Assembly (NCBI GenBank): GCA_963693055.1
Contig: OY843751.1
Coordinates: forward strand, 3,040,001 to 3,104,000
DNA: 64,000 bases
DNA from: a bacterium
GTDB taxonomy: Bacteria; Zhuqueibacterota; Zhuqueibacteria; Residuimicrobiales; Krinioviventaceae
Reading direction: 5' to 3'
The position numbers and the translations under genes were made by a program. The notes under the pieces were generated by a model. It did not search any database. It saw only the letters and a list, made by a program, of their open reading frames with translations, and was not told the DNA's origin. Positions 49,353 through 59,064 of the stretch are shown here, piece by piece (positions within the stretch are counted from its first letter, which is position 1; each line of letters starts with the position of its first letter).

Positions 49353-50306
49353 TCATCCTTCATCAATTACTAGATTTTTTCCACGGTCTTTGGCAATATA
49401 CAGTCTTCTGTCAGCGCAATCAATAATCTCTTCAAGAGTTGTTCCATCTTTGGGAAACGTTGAAACGCCTACACTTATAGTTATTCGAACCGGCGAATTG
49501 ACTCTATGATTTCCAAACATATCATTATCAATCAAAGTTTTAATTTTTGATGCTACAGTCATTGCAGAATCCCTGTTAGTATCAGGCAATATTAAAGCAA
49601 ATTCTTCACCGCCATAACGGGCTGCAACATCATTACTTCTTACATTCTTTCGTAACAAGTCAGCAATACACTTTAAAATTTCATCACCTGCAAGATGTCC
49701 ATACGTATCATTGTATTTTTTAAAATCATCAATATCAAACAAGATCAACGAAAAGCAGGACTGATTTCTTTTAACACGTTCAATCTCTTTAGTTAAAGTA
49801 TCTTTAAAGAAACGATAATTATAAAGATTGGTCAAGCCATCTGTTGTTGCCAATTCCTGCAGTGTCTCCTGGGCAACTTCAAGCTGATTAACTTTATCCT
49901 GCAACTGGTCATGTAATAATTTAATTCTTAATAATGATTTTACTCTTGCCTTAACTTCATGCTTGTTAACGGGTTTTGTAATAAAATCATCAGCGCCAGA
50001 TTCTATACCTGTAATTTTGTCTTCTATATCATCAAGTGCTGTGACCAATATCACAGGAATATAAAAATGTTCATCTTTACTTTTAATAATTCTGCATGTC
50101 TCAAATCCATCAAGTTCGGGCATCATTACATCAAGCAATATTAAATCGGGATTTTCTTTTTCAACCAGTTCAAGGGCCTCTTTTCCCGATTCAGCAGTAA
50201 TTAACTGATAATCTTTTTCCAAATATGAAACAAGTACTTTGATATTTGAAGGTATGTCGTCAACAACTAGTAATTTTGATTTTTTTTGTAACTCACTTGA
50301 CTCCAA
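49353..50306 (-). CDS. REC-GGDEF diguanylate cyclase
   Basis: PDLILLDVMMP, coiled-coil linker, DGLT, RxxD I-site (RSND), RYGGEEF. Confidence 0.95.
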   Translation of the reverse strand: MESSELQKKSKLLVVDDIPSNIKVLVSYLEKDYQLITAESGKEALELVEKENPDLILLDVMMPELDGFETCRIIKSKDEHFYIPVILVTALDDIEDKITGIESGADDFITKPVNKHEVKARVKSLLRIKLLHDQLQDKVNQLEVAQETLQELATTDGLTNLYNYRFFKDTLTKEIERVKRNQSCFSLILFDIDDFKKYNDTYGHLAGDEILKCIADLLRKNVRSNDVAARYGGEEFALILPDTNRDSAMTVASKIKTLIDNDMFGNHRVNSPVRITISVGVSTFPKDGTTLEEIIDCADRRLYIAKDRGKNLVIDEG

Positions 50307-50344
50307 AAATGCATCCTTTATGTATCCGTTAATATATGGAGAGA

Positions 50345-51796
50345 TTATTCATCAAAAGTATATTTAACATTTAAATTTCGGGCTGCAAGAGCTTCATTTA
50401 ATCGGGAAACTCGGGTAGTATGTGGAGCGTTTTTCAACAGATCCGGATTTTCTTCTACCTCATTTGCAATTTGGATCATTATATTTGCAAAACGTTCAAT
50501 AGAGCGCTTACTTTCTGTTTCGGTAGGTTCTATCATTAATGCTTCAGAAACAATTAAAGGAAAGTAAACTGTAGGAGCATGAACACCAAAATCCAAAAGA
50601 CGTTTTGCAATGTCTAATGTTTTAACACCTTTGGCTTTTTGTCTGTCACCAGATAAAACAAATTCATGCATGGTTTTTGATTTATAAGGCAATTCATAAT
50701 AATCTTTAACCAGTGATAACAGGTAATTGGCATTAATAATTGCCCATTCTCCTACCTGGCGCAATCCTTTTGCACCCAACATTCGAATGTATGTATACGC
50801 CCGAACAATAACAGCAAAATTGCCATAAAAGGTACAAACCTTGCCAATTGAATTTTCCAAATCACAATACAATGTATATTTATCATTTTCTTTTTTAATA
50901 CAGGGCTTTGGCAAGAAATCTACTACTCTTGCTGAAACACCTACAGGTCCAGAACCAGGACCGCCACCACCATGAGGAGTCGAAAAGGTTTTATGCAGGT
51001 TAAAATGAACAACATCAAAACCCAAATCACCGGGACGTACAATGCCAAGCAACGCATTTAGATTTGCCCCATCCATATACATCAAAGCACCAATATCATG
51101 AAGCATCTTGGAAATTTTGTCTACTTGTGTTTCAAAAATACCCAATGTGTTAGGATTCGTCAACATAAATGCCGCAACATCATCATTTAATTTGGATTCA
51201 AGGTCCGCTAAATCAACCAATCCATCAGCATTAGATTTTATAGAAACAGATTCGTAACCTGCAATGGTAACGCTGGCAGGATTTGTTCCATGAGCAGAGT
51301 CTGGTATCAATACATATTTACGGGGTTTCCCTTTTGATTCATGATACTTGCGAATCATCATTAAACCGGCAAATTCACCATGGGCACCTGCAGAAGGCTG
51401 CAAGGAAACTGCTTTTAATCCGGAAACCTCGCAAAGATATTCTGACATCTCGGATAATAATTTCAGCGCGCCCTGAATAGTTGATTCCGGCTGTAACGGA
51501 TGCAATGCCTGAAATCCTGGCAATGCCTGCATATCTTCATTGATTTTGGGATTATATTTCATTGTACATGAACCCAGCGGATAAAAGTCTTTATCAACAT
51601 GATGATTCAATGTAGAAAGATTAACAAAATGTCGAACAACCTCTGGCTCGCTTACTTCAGGCAAACGTGCGGGAGATTTTCTTAAAAAGCTATCAGGAAT
51701 CAACTCTGAATTAGAACGGATTGGTACATCACAATCTGGCAAATTGGCTCCAATTTGTCCTTTTGATCCAATTTGAAATATTGAAAGATTTGGCAT
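50345..51796 (-). CDS. gcvPB: Glycine dehydrogenase subunit 2
   Basis: [14 protein letters not shown]-Lys motif [23 protein letters not shown]. Confidence 0.95.
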   Translation of the reverse strand: MPNLSIFQIGSKGQIGANLPDCDVPIRSNSELIPDSFLRKSPARLPEVSEPEVVRHFVNLSTLNHHVDKDFYPLGSCTMKYNPKINEDMQALPGFQALHPLQPESTIQGALKLLSEMSEYLCEVSGLKAVSLQPSAGAHGEFAGLMMIRKYHESKGKPRKYVLIPDSAHGTNPASVTIAGYESVSIKSNADGLVDLADLESKLNDDVAAFMLTNPNTLGIFETQVDKISKMLHDIGALMYMDGANLNALLGIVRPGDLGFDVVHFNLHKTFSTPHGGGGPGSGPVGVSARVVDFLPKPCIKKENDKYTLYCDLENSIGKVCTFYGNFAVIVRAYTYIRMLGAKGLRQVGEWAIINANYLLSLVKDYYELPYKSKTMHEFVLSGDRQKAKGVKTLDIAKRLLDFGVHAPTVYFPLIVSEALMIEPTETESKRSIERFANIMIQIANEVEENPDLLKNAPHTTRVSRLNEALAARNLNVKYTFDE

Positions 51797-52013
51797 TTAT
51801 CACCTCGAGTTCCATATAAATTAAGATATAAAACTTACAATTTCCAGTAATGATAATCAAGATATTTTATCAAAACATTTAAACTGTTGTCAATGTGCAA
51901 ATCGCAACTTAATCACCATAAAAACAACATATTAAAACAATAGCAGAAAAAATAATATCATAAAAACAAAAAACATGTAAATAAAATAAAAAGATAATGT
52001 TAAGAAAATGTAC

Positions 52014-52042
52014 TTGATTTTTTCAGAGAATCCATTTATCTT
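52014..52042 (+). promoter_or_regulatory. Putative sigma70 promoter for the FadD-like/EF-G2 genes
   Basis: TTGATT-N17-TATCTT. Confidence 0.4.
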
Positions 52043-52094
52043 GATTTCTGTGCTTTTTAAAATATTTACATTATCTTACTGAGGTCGCTTTAAC

Positions 52095-53606
52095 TTGGGA
52101 ACTTTAATTGACATTCTCGACTCCACCCGCTCCAAATACTCTGATCAAACCGCCTTGATATTTGGTTCCAACGAATTAAATTATTCATTACTGTTCGAAG
52201 CATCACAACGTCTTGCCAGCGGATTACAATCATTAGGTATTCAAAAAGGTGACCGAGTTGCATTATTACTTCCCAATGTACCTCACTTTTGTATTAGTTA
52301 TTTTGGGATTCTATCTCTTGGTGCTATAGTAGTTCCTGTAAACATTATGTATAACAAGGAAGAGATAGAGTTTATTCTTAAAGATTCAGGAGCCTCTGCA
52401 TTAATTACATGGACAGGATTTCAGGGCCAGGCATTACCTGCCGCCCAGGCATCTCCAGAATGTAAAAATGTATTAATCCTTGGTGAAAACATACCCAGCG
52501 GTTCAATTGCTCTTACGCAGCTCATTTCCGATTCTCCAATCCTCGAAAATATGGCACCAGTGGAAGATATAGATGTTGCTGTTATCAATTACACATCGGG
52601 GATAGCAGATCATCCATTGGGTGCAGAATTATCGCATAATGCTTTATATTCCAATTCTGTAACCTGCGCAGACATGTTCCGCTTTGCTTCTGATGATACC
52701 CTCATAGCTGTACTACCATTATTTCATCCCTTGGGACAATCGTTGATCTTGAACGCCTCTTTATTTACAGGTGCTTCAATTGTTTTAATGCCAAGATACT
52801 CACCGGAAGAAATAACAAAAGCCATTCAAACCTATAATGTTACATTTATGGCCGCAGTGCCAGGAATATTTAAAAATTTAGTAGAAAGCGATACTGATGA
52901 AAAATTACCATCTTTAAAATATTGTATGAGTTACGGTGGGAAACTACCAGCTGAAATTATTGAACAATTTGAAGAAAAATATAATTCTTTTATTTTGCAG
53001 GCATATGGATTAACTGAAGCAGGCCCCCTTGTTACTTCAACCCGTCTTGACCATGACAGAAAAACCGGTTCAGTTGGGTTACCCCTGGTTGGTGTTGATG
53101 TACAGATTCGTAATGATGAAGGAGAACAACTTCGTCCTTTCCAAAGCGGTGAAATCTGGATCAACAGCCCAAGCAACATGAATAGATATTACTACAATGA
53201 AGAAGAAACAGCAAAAAAACTCCAAAATGATTGGTTATTCACAGGTGATATTGGTTACCTTGATGACGATTATTATTTATTTATTCAAGAACGAAAAGAA
53301 AACATTATCATAAAAGGTGGATTCCAAATCCAACCACAAGAAGTTGAAAAAATATTATTGGAACATGCTAGAGTTGTTGAAGTTGCAGTAGTAGGTGTAC
53401 CGGATAATGTACAGGGTTCAGAGGTTAAGGCATTTATTGTAGTTAATAACGGAGAACCGGTTTCACCGGAGGAATTAATCGCATTTTGCAGGGAATCATT
53501 ACCTGTTTATAAAACTCCCAAATATGTAGAATTCATAAATGAATTACCCAAAAGCCCAACGGGAAGGGTTTTAAAGCGGTTGTTAAAAAAACAACCGATT
53601 AAATAA
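52095..53606 (+). CDS. Long-chain acyl-CoA ligase-like (ANL superfamily) with atypical P-loop
   Basis: GDRVALLLPN, LPLFH, YGLTE and TGDIG are present; A3 reads YTSGIADHPLG and A10 reads PKSPTGRVLK. Confidence 0.8.
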   Translation: MGTLIDILDSTRSKYSDQTALIFGSNELNYSLLFEASQRLASGLQSLGIQKGDRVALLLPNVPHFCISYFGILSLGAIVVPVNIMYNKEEIEFILKDSGASALITWTGFQGQALPAAQASPECKNVLILGENIPSGSIALTQLISDSPILENMAPVEDIDVAVINYTSGIADHPLGAELSHNALYSNSVTCADMFRFASDDTLIAVLPLFHPLGQSLILNASLFTGASIVLMPRYSPEEITKAIQTYNVTFMAAVPGIFKNLVESDTDEKLPSLKYCMSYGGKLPAEIIEQFEEKYNSFILQAYGLTEAGPLVTSTRLDHDRKTGSVGLPLVGVDVQIRNDEGEQLRPFQSGEIWINSPSNMNRYYYNEEETAKKLQNDWLFTGDIGYLDDDYYLFIQERKENIIIKGGFQIQPQEVEKILLEHARVVEVAVVGVPDNVQGSEVKAFIVVNNGEPVSPEELIAFCRESLPVYKTPKYVEFINELPKSPTGRVLKRLLKKQPIK

Positions 53607-53662
53607 GAGGAAAAGAAAATAATTGTTTTTTAATTTAAAGGCTTGAAAATAGGAGGACAACT

Positions 53663-55738
53663 GTGAAAGATTATAGTCCTAACGAAATTCGTAACATAGG
53701 ATTGGTATCGCATCAATCTGTAGGTAAAACTTCATTGGCCGAGGCTTTACTGTTTTCCGCCGGTGAAACCAATAGATTAGGAACAATCGATGACGGAACA
53801 ACATTATCCGATTATCGTACAGATGAAATTGAAAGAAAAATATCAATTAATACATCCGTTTTACATTTGGAATGGAAAAAAAACAAGGTCAATGTTATTG
53901 ACTTGCCAGGATACCTTGATTTTGTTGGTGAAGTTAAATGTGGCCTAAGAGTTACTGACCTTGCCGTAGTTTTATTAAATGCACAATCTGGCGTTGAAGT
54001 AGGTACCGAGATTGCCTGGGAAGTTCTTGAAGAATACAATACCCCCAGACTCTTTTTTATTAATGAATTAGATAAAGAACATGCAAATTTTGACAATGCT
54101 GTTGCAATGGCGCAAGAAGCTTATGAGAACGGTGTTACTGTTGTTCAATTCCCTGTAAACCAGGGTTTAGATTTTAATGCGATTGTTGATGTATTGAAAA
54201 TGAAAATGTATACATTCAGTGACAACACTGGCAAGTTTACTCAGGGAGATATTCCTGCTGACTTGCAATCAAGAGCTGAAGAATTACGTAATGAATTGAT
54301 TGAAAAAATTGCTGAAAGTGATGATGAACTGCTTGAAAAATATTTCGAAGCAGGAGAATTAACCGATGAAGAAATTGTCAAAGGTTTAAAAGCTGGTATA
54401 TTGAATTGTAGTGTTTTCCCTGTTCTATGTGGTTCAGCATTATTGAATTATGGCCCTCAAGCTTTATTAGACTTTATTTGTGAATACGGTCCCTCACCTG
54501 TTGATCGTCCTTCTGAAGTGGCAACAGATAAAGATGGTAATGAAATTGAAGTAAAATCAGATCCATCTGAACCATTTTCTGCACTGGTATTTAAAACCAT
54601 GTCTGAAATGCATGTTGGTGAATTATCGTTAATCAAAGTTATGTCTGGTTCAATTAAATCAGGTGAAGAAATTCTTAATGTAACTAAAAACTCGTCTGAA
54701 AAAATTGGTCAGATTTACCTGTTGAATGGCAAAAACCGTACAGAAACTGCTGTGCTTGGGACAGGAGATATTGGCGCTCTGGTTAAACTCAAAGATACTC
54801 ATACAGGAAATTCTTTAACAGATAAAAAACGTCCTTTTACTTTTGCACCTGTTACATTTCATGAACCTGTTGTTGAAATTGCTGTTTCTCCGAAAAACAA
54901 AGGTGACGAAGAAAAGATCTCAACAGGTCTTCATACATTACATGAAATTGACCCCAGTTTTACAATCAAGATTGATCCTGAATTAAAACAGACTGTAGTA
55001 TCGGGGCAGGGTGAAATGCACCTCACAATTATCATTCAACGCTTGAAAGAACGTTATGGTGTTGAAGTGGATCAAAAGAAACCCAAGATCCCCTATCGCG
55101 AAACTATAACTGCAAAAGCAGATGAAAAATACAGACATAAAAAACAATCAGGTGGTGCCGGTCAGTTTGCTGAAGTTTGGATGCGTATTGAACCCCAACC
55201 TCGCGGCGTGGGTTATGAATTTGCCAGTGAAGTTGTAGGTGGCGCTATTTCATCAGGATTTATTCCGGCGATTGATAAAGGCATTCAACAAGTACTTGTT
55301 GGTGGTGCTGTTGCAGGTTACAAAGTTGTAGACGTTAAAGCAATCGTATATGATGGTAAAGAGCACCCTGTAGATTCTAAAGAAATTGCGTTCCAAATAG
55401 CCGGACGCGAAGTGTTTAAAATGGCAATTAAAAATGCCAAACCCATTCTGCTTGAACCCATTTACGACGTTGAAGTAAAATGTCCCGAAGAATACATGGG
55501 CGATGTAATGGGCGATATGTCTAGCCGCCGTGGAAAAATCCAGGGTATGGATGCAGCTGGTCGTTTTCAGGTAGTGAAAGCCAAAGTACCGTTGGCTGAA
55601 TTACACAGCTATTCAACCACCCTGAGATCAATTACCCAGGGTCGTGCAACTTTTACACGCACATTTTCTCATTATGACCCCATGCCAAAAGAAGTTGAAG
55701 CAAAGGTCATTGCAGAATCTAAAGCAGAAGAAGAATAA
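53663..55738 (+). CDS. fusA2: Elongation factor G paralog (EF-G2-like)
   Basis: Five-domain EF-G layout (GQGEMHL, PYRETI, KQSGG.GQF, LLEPI) with divergent G motifs SHQSVGKTS, RKISI, DLPGY and NELD. Confidence 0.9.
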   Translation: MKDYSPNEIRNIGLVSHQSVGKTSLAEALLFSAGETNRLGTIDDGTTLSDYRTDEIERKISINTSVLHLEWKKNKVNVIDLPGYLDFVGEVKCGLRVTDLAVVLLNAQSGVEVGTEIAWEVLEEYNTPRLFFINELDKEHANFDNAVAMAQEAYENGVTVVQFPVNQGLDFNAIVDVLKMKMYTFSDNTGKFTQGDIPADLQSRAEELRNELIEKIAESDDELLEKYFEAGELTDEEIVKGLKAGILNCSVFPVLCGSALLNYGPQALLDFICEYGPSPVDRPSEVATDKDGNEIEVKSDPSEPFSALVFKTMSEMHVGELSLIKVMSGSIKSGEEILNVTKNSSEKIGQIYLLNGKNRTETAVLGTGDIGALVKLKDTHTGNSLTDKKRPFTFAPVTFHEPVVEIAVSPKNKGDEEKISTGLHTLHEIDPSFTIKIDPELKQTVVSGQGEMHLTIIIQRLKERYGVEVDQKKPKIPYRETITAKADEKYRHKKQSGGAGQFAEVWMRIEPQPRGVGYEFASEVVGGAISSGFIPAIDKGIQQVLVGGAVAGYKVVDVKAIVYDGKEHPVDSKEIAFQIAGREVFKMAIKNAKPILLEPIYDVEVKCPEEYMGDVMGDMSSRRGKIQGMDAAGRFQVVKAKVPLAELHSYSTTLRSITQGRATFTRTFSHYDPMPKEVEAKVIAESKAEEE

Positions 55739-55744
55739 TTTTAT

Positions 55745-55775
55745 AAAAGGCACGGTCAATTGGCCGTGCCTTTTT
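55745..55775 (+). terminator. Intrinsic terminator after the EF-G paralog
   Basis: AAAAGGCACGG-tcaattgg-CCGTGCCTTTTT. Confidence 0.85.
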
Positions 55776-55797
55776 CAGTTAAACAACAAGGTGTAAT

Positions 55798-56283
55798 ATG
55801 AAAAAAATGTGGGCCCCCTGGAGAATTGAATATATTTTATCACCAAAACCTAGCGGTTGTATTTTTTGCGTAAAGCCCAAAGAATCCAAAGATGATGAAA
55901 ATTTCATCCTCTATCGAGGTCAGTATTCATTTATTATTATGAATTATTATCCCTATAATAATGGACATTTGATGGTTGTCCCATACAGGCATTTGTCTGA
56001 TATTACAGTATTGAATGATGAAGAGAATAAAGAAATCTCATCATTGATACAGACTAGTGTTAAAATCATTAGAAAAACCATGAATGCAGAAGGATTTAAT
56101 ATCGGAATGAATTTAGGTAAAACAGCAGGTGCAGGTATTGACGAACACATTCACTATCACATTGTACCACGCTGGAATGGCGACACCAATTTTATGCCGG
56201 TTGCTGGTAATAGTAAAGTAATTTCACAGGGTTTATATGAAACATGGGAAACCCTGCTCCCCCATTTTCAGGATCTCAAATAA
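55798..56283 (+). CDS. HIT family hydrolase (Ap4A phosphorylase/Fhit-like)
   Basis: WAPWR, CIFC, YPYNNGHLMV, GAGI..HIHYHIVPRW.GD. Confidence 0.9.
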   Translation: MKKMWAPWRIEYILSPKPSGCIFCVKPKESKDDENFILYRGQYSFIIMNYYPYNNGHLMVVPYRHLSDITVLNDEENKEISSLIQTSVKIIRKTMNAEGFNIGMNLGKTAGAGIDEHIHYHIVPRWNGDTNFMPVAGNSKVISQGLYETWETLLPHFQDLK

Positions 56284-56285
56284 AT

Positions 56286-57086
56286 CTAATTTTCTTCTTC
56301 TTTCACCTTGTCCCAGACTGCATCCATTTCTTCAAGAGTGGAATCTAACAAGGTAACACCACGTTCTTTAAAATCAGCTTCAACCTTTCGGAAACGATTA
56401 TCAAACTTGTTTATAGCACGCCTCAATGCATCTTCAGGATTCACTTTGAGAAACCGCGAGACATTTACAATACTAAACAACATATCGCCAAGCTCATCTT
56501 CAATCCTATCTTTATTACCTTCTTCTACAACCTCTTCAAGCTCTTTAATTTCTTCTGCCACTTTGCTCCACACCGGTTCTATTGAATGCCAGTCAAAACC
56601 AACAGCAGCAGCTTTATTTTGAATACGATAGGCCCGCACCAAAGCCGGTAACTGATTGGGAACACCATCAATAGCAGATTTTTTGCCCTCTTTTTTCACT
56701 TTGGTTTGTTCCCACAATGAAACCTGCTCTTCTGCGGATTCTACAGTTTCATCTCCAAAAATATGTGGATGTCTTCGCACCAGTTTTTCATTAATATTTT
56801 CAATTACATCATATATATTAAAACGATTTGCTTCAGCGGCAATTTGTGCATGAAATATCACTTGCAGCAGCAAATCACCCAATTCAGCGGGTAGCTCGTC
56901 ATACTTTTCTTCATCAATGGTTTCTATAACTTCATATGCTTCTTCTAAAAGATGTTGACGTATTGATTTATGGTCTTGTTCACGGTCCCAGGGACAACCA
57001 TTATCACTCCGCAATAACGCCATAATCTCAACCAATCTTTCAAATGATCTATCATTTTTATCCAAAAGCGTCTCCTTTAATAACAT
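56286..57086 (-). CDS. mazG: Nucleoside triphosphate pyrophosphohydrolase MazG
   Basis: GCPWDREQ, EEAYE, ELGDLLLQV.FH, KLVRRHPHIF, GFDW. Confidence 0.95.
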   Translation of the reverse strand: MLLKETLLDKNDRSFERLVEIMALLRSDNGCPWDREQDHKSIRQHLLEEAYEVIETIDEEKYDELPAELGDLLLQVIFHAQIAAEANRFNIYDVIENINEKLVRRHPHIFGDETVESAEEQVSLWEQTKVKKEGKKSAIDGVPNQLPALVRAYRIQNKAAAVGFDWHSIEPVWSKVAEEIKELEEVVEEGNKDRIEDELGDMLFSIVNVSRFLKVNPEDALRRAINKFDNRFRKVEADFKERGVTLLDSTLEEMDAVWDKVKEEEN

Positions 57087-57260
57087 GAGAATTCATCATT
57101 TTTTGACAACAATCACATGAACTAATATAAGAAAAAGCATTATTAAAATCACTTGATTATTGTTTGTGATTTATTTAAGTTAATTTAGTAAAATTTTACG
57201 GAACTTGTTATTTATATTGTATTTTAATAAATAGACAAGTATTACAACAAAAAGGTGAAT

Positions 57261-57521
57261 ATGTTAAATATCAATAAACCCAGAAAGTTCAATTATAATC
57301 CAAGATTTTATAATCCAGAGCTTGAAGAGGGTGAACAAAAACGTATTCAATTTAAAAGAATACGCAAAACAGACAGACCAGCAGGAATGTCAACATTACG
57401 GTTGGTTATCTTGTTACTTGTTGTACTTGCTTTGGGTATTTTTCTACAAAGACAAATGCCTTCATCGTTTTCACCTAAAGATTCAACAATAATAATTGAA
57501 GAACTTGAAATTGTCAATTAA
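57261..57521 (+). CDS. Small single-TM hypothetical protein
   Basis: KPRKFNYNPRFY N-terminal motif, basic stretch, one TM helix; alternative GTG start at 57255. Confidence 0.6.
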   Translation: MLNINKPRKFNYNPRFYNPELEEGEQKRIQFKRIRKTDRPAGMSTLRLVILLLVVLALGIFLQRQMPSSFSPKDSTIIIEELEIVN

Positions 57522-57559
57522 GGCATTTCATAATAATAAAACGGATTGATAAACAGATT

Positions 57560-59038
57560 TTGATTAGATTGTTAAAAAATATTAGCAAACGCATTGTATC
57601 GTATTATTTTAAATTGAAATGGAGATTTGCGTCTCTTCGTATTCGACAAAAACTGATTATCATTTTAGGATTGTTATTTATTGGCTTGTTCAGCATACTG
57701 AGCTTTGTAATTATTCAAAAAGGTCAACAAATTCTAAGTACCCGGCTTGCGCAGACTTGTGATCTTTCTTTAAGACATATTTCCCAGGTCATTAAAGACG
57801 ACTTTATTCTCTATTATACTCCCGATGTTGATGGAAATGTAAATTCAGAACAATTGGGGCATATTCGGGAAGCTATATTTAATCTGGCAAATGAAGAAAT
57901 TGAGGGCATGAATTATGCCTGTGTGATTGATCGAGAAGGGTACTTTATAGCAGCTGTGGATTCAAGTGGCCGGGATTTAAGAAACAGGAGAATCAGTAAT
58001 CGAGACAGTGTTCTGTTCAGCAACTTGCAGGAAAAACTAATTCGAGAAAAAGATGGTATTATAGAGTACATCCACCCTATTCTTGCCAAAGGAAATTCTG
58101 ACAAACCCATATATCTGGGGGTTGCTGTTTTGGGATTTTATAAAGATAGTATTATGAAGCCTATAAATCAGGCAACCCGAACAATTGTTTTATTTTCAAT
58201 CGCCATTATTTTCCTCTCTGTTTTCTCCATCTCTTTTGTGGCCCAACGAATGACCCGTCAAATTGATGCGCTAGTTACAGGTGTTCGCAAGATATCTAAC
58301 GGTAAACTTGATGTAGAGATCCCCCTTTTATCAAATGACGAATTGGGACAACTTGCCCAGGAATTTAACAAAATGACCCGTCATTTGAGAGAAAAACTCC
58401 AAATGCAAAAATTTGTATCTCAATTGACTATGCAAAAAATTAAAAATGGTGAATTGAAAAACCTGCCCCCCGAAGGTGAGAACAGAAGAGTTACCGTATT
58501 ATTTACGGATGTCAGAAATTTTACCATGCTGACCGAAAGGCTGGGTCCCAAAGAAATTGTAAAATTAATAAACATATATCACGATCTACAGTCACGTATT
58601 GTTGAAGAAAACAATGGATATATCGACAAGTTTTATGGCGATCAAATCATGGCAATATTCATTGGTAAAACGCAAACAATGGACGCAATCCATTCTGCCG
58701 TTGAAATTCAAAAATCCATAAAAATGCTAAATAAACGCCGTGCTGCAGCCGGCAAGGTTACATTTTATATGGGATGCGGGGTAAATACAGGCAATGCAAT
58801 TCTGGGAAAAATGGGTTCCAGATCCAGACTTGACTTTACTGTAATTGGGGATGTAGTAAATGTTGCCGCTCGTCTTTGTTCAATAGCCAAATCAGGACAA
58901 ATTCTTGCACCGGTACATATTACACCTTTAATCAATAATGATTATCCTACTGTTGAATTGGCTCCAGTCAAAGTTAAAGGTAAAAAAGATCCTATATCCA
59001 TTGTTGAGATTGGATATGAACAGGTTCTGATTATGTAG
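57560..59038 (+). CDS. Class III adenylate cyclase (TM-periplasmic domain-TM-HAMP-CYC)
   Basis: LFTDVRNFT, DKFYGD, FTVIGDVVNVAARL, VKGK; HAMP motif DELGQLAQEFN. Confidence 0.9.
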   Translation: MIRLLKNISKRIVSYYFKLKWRFASLRIRQKLIIILGLLFIGLFSILSFVIIQKGQQILSTRLAQTCDLSLRHISQVIKDDFILYYTPDVDGNVNSEQLGHIREAIFNLANEEIEGMNYACVIDREGYFIAAVDSSGRDLRNRRISNRDSVLFSNLQEKLIREKDGIIEYIHPILAKGNSDKPIYLGVAVLGFYKDSIMKPINQATRTIVLFSIAIIFLSVFSISFVAQRMTRQIDALVTGVRKISNGKLDVEIPLLSNDELGQLAQEFNKMTRHLREKLQMQKFVSQLTMQKIKNGELKNLPPEGENRRVTVLFTDVRNFTMLTERLGPKEIVKLINIYHDLQSRIVEENNGYIDKFYGDQIMAIFIGKTQTMDAIHSAVEIQKSIKMLNKRRAAAGKVTFYMGCGVNTGNAILGKMGSRSRLDFTVIGDVVNVAARLCSIAKSGQILAPVHITPLINNDYPTVELAPVKVKGKKDPISIVEIGYEQVLIM

Positions 59039-59064
59039 AAAGGCTTCTTTTTTAAAAGAACAGC

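Noticed and set aside
51797-52094. Possible glycine riboswitch or Fur box upstream of gcvPB (TAATGATAATCA at about 51848)
   Set aside because: No GGAGA/CAGG/CTCT riboswitch core; the Fur-like match overlaps a plausible -35 element and is weak in very AT-rich DNA
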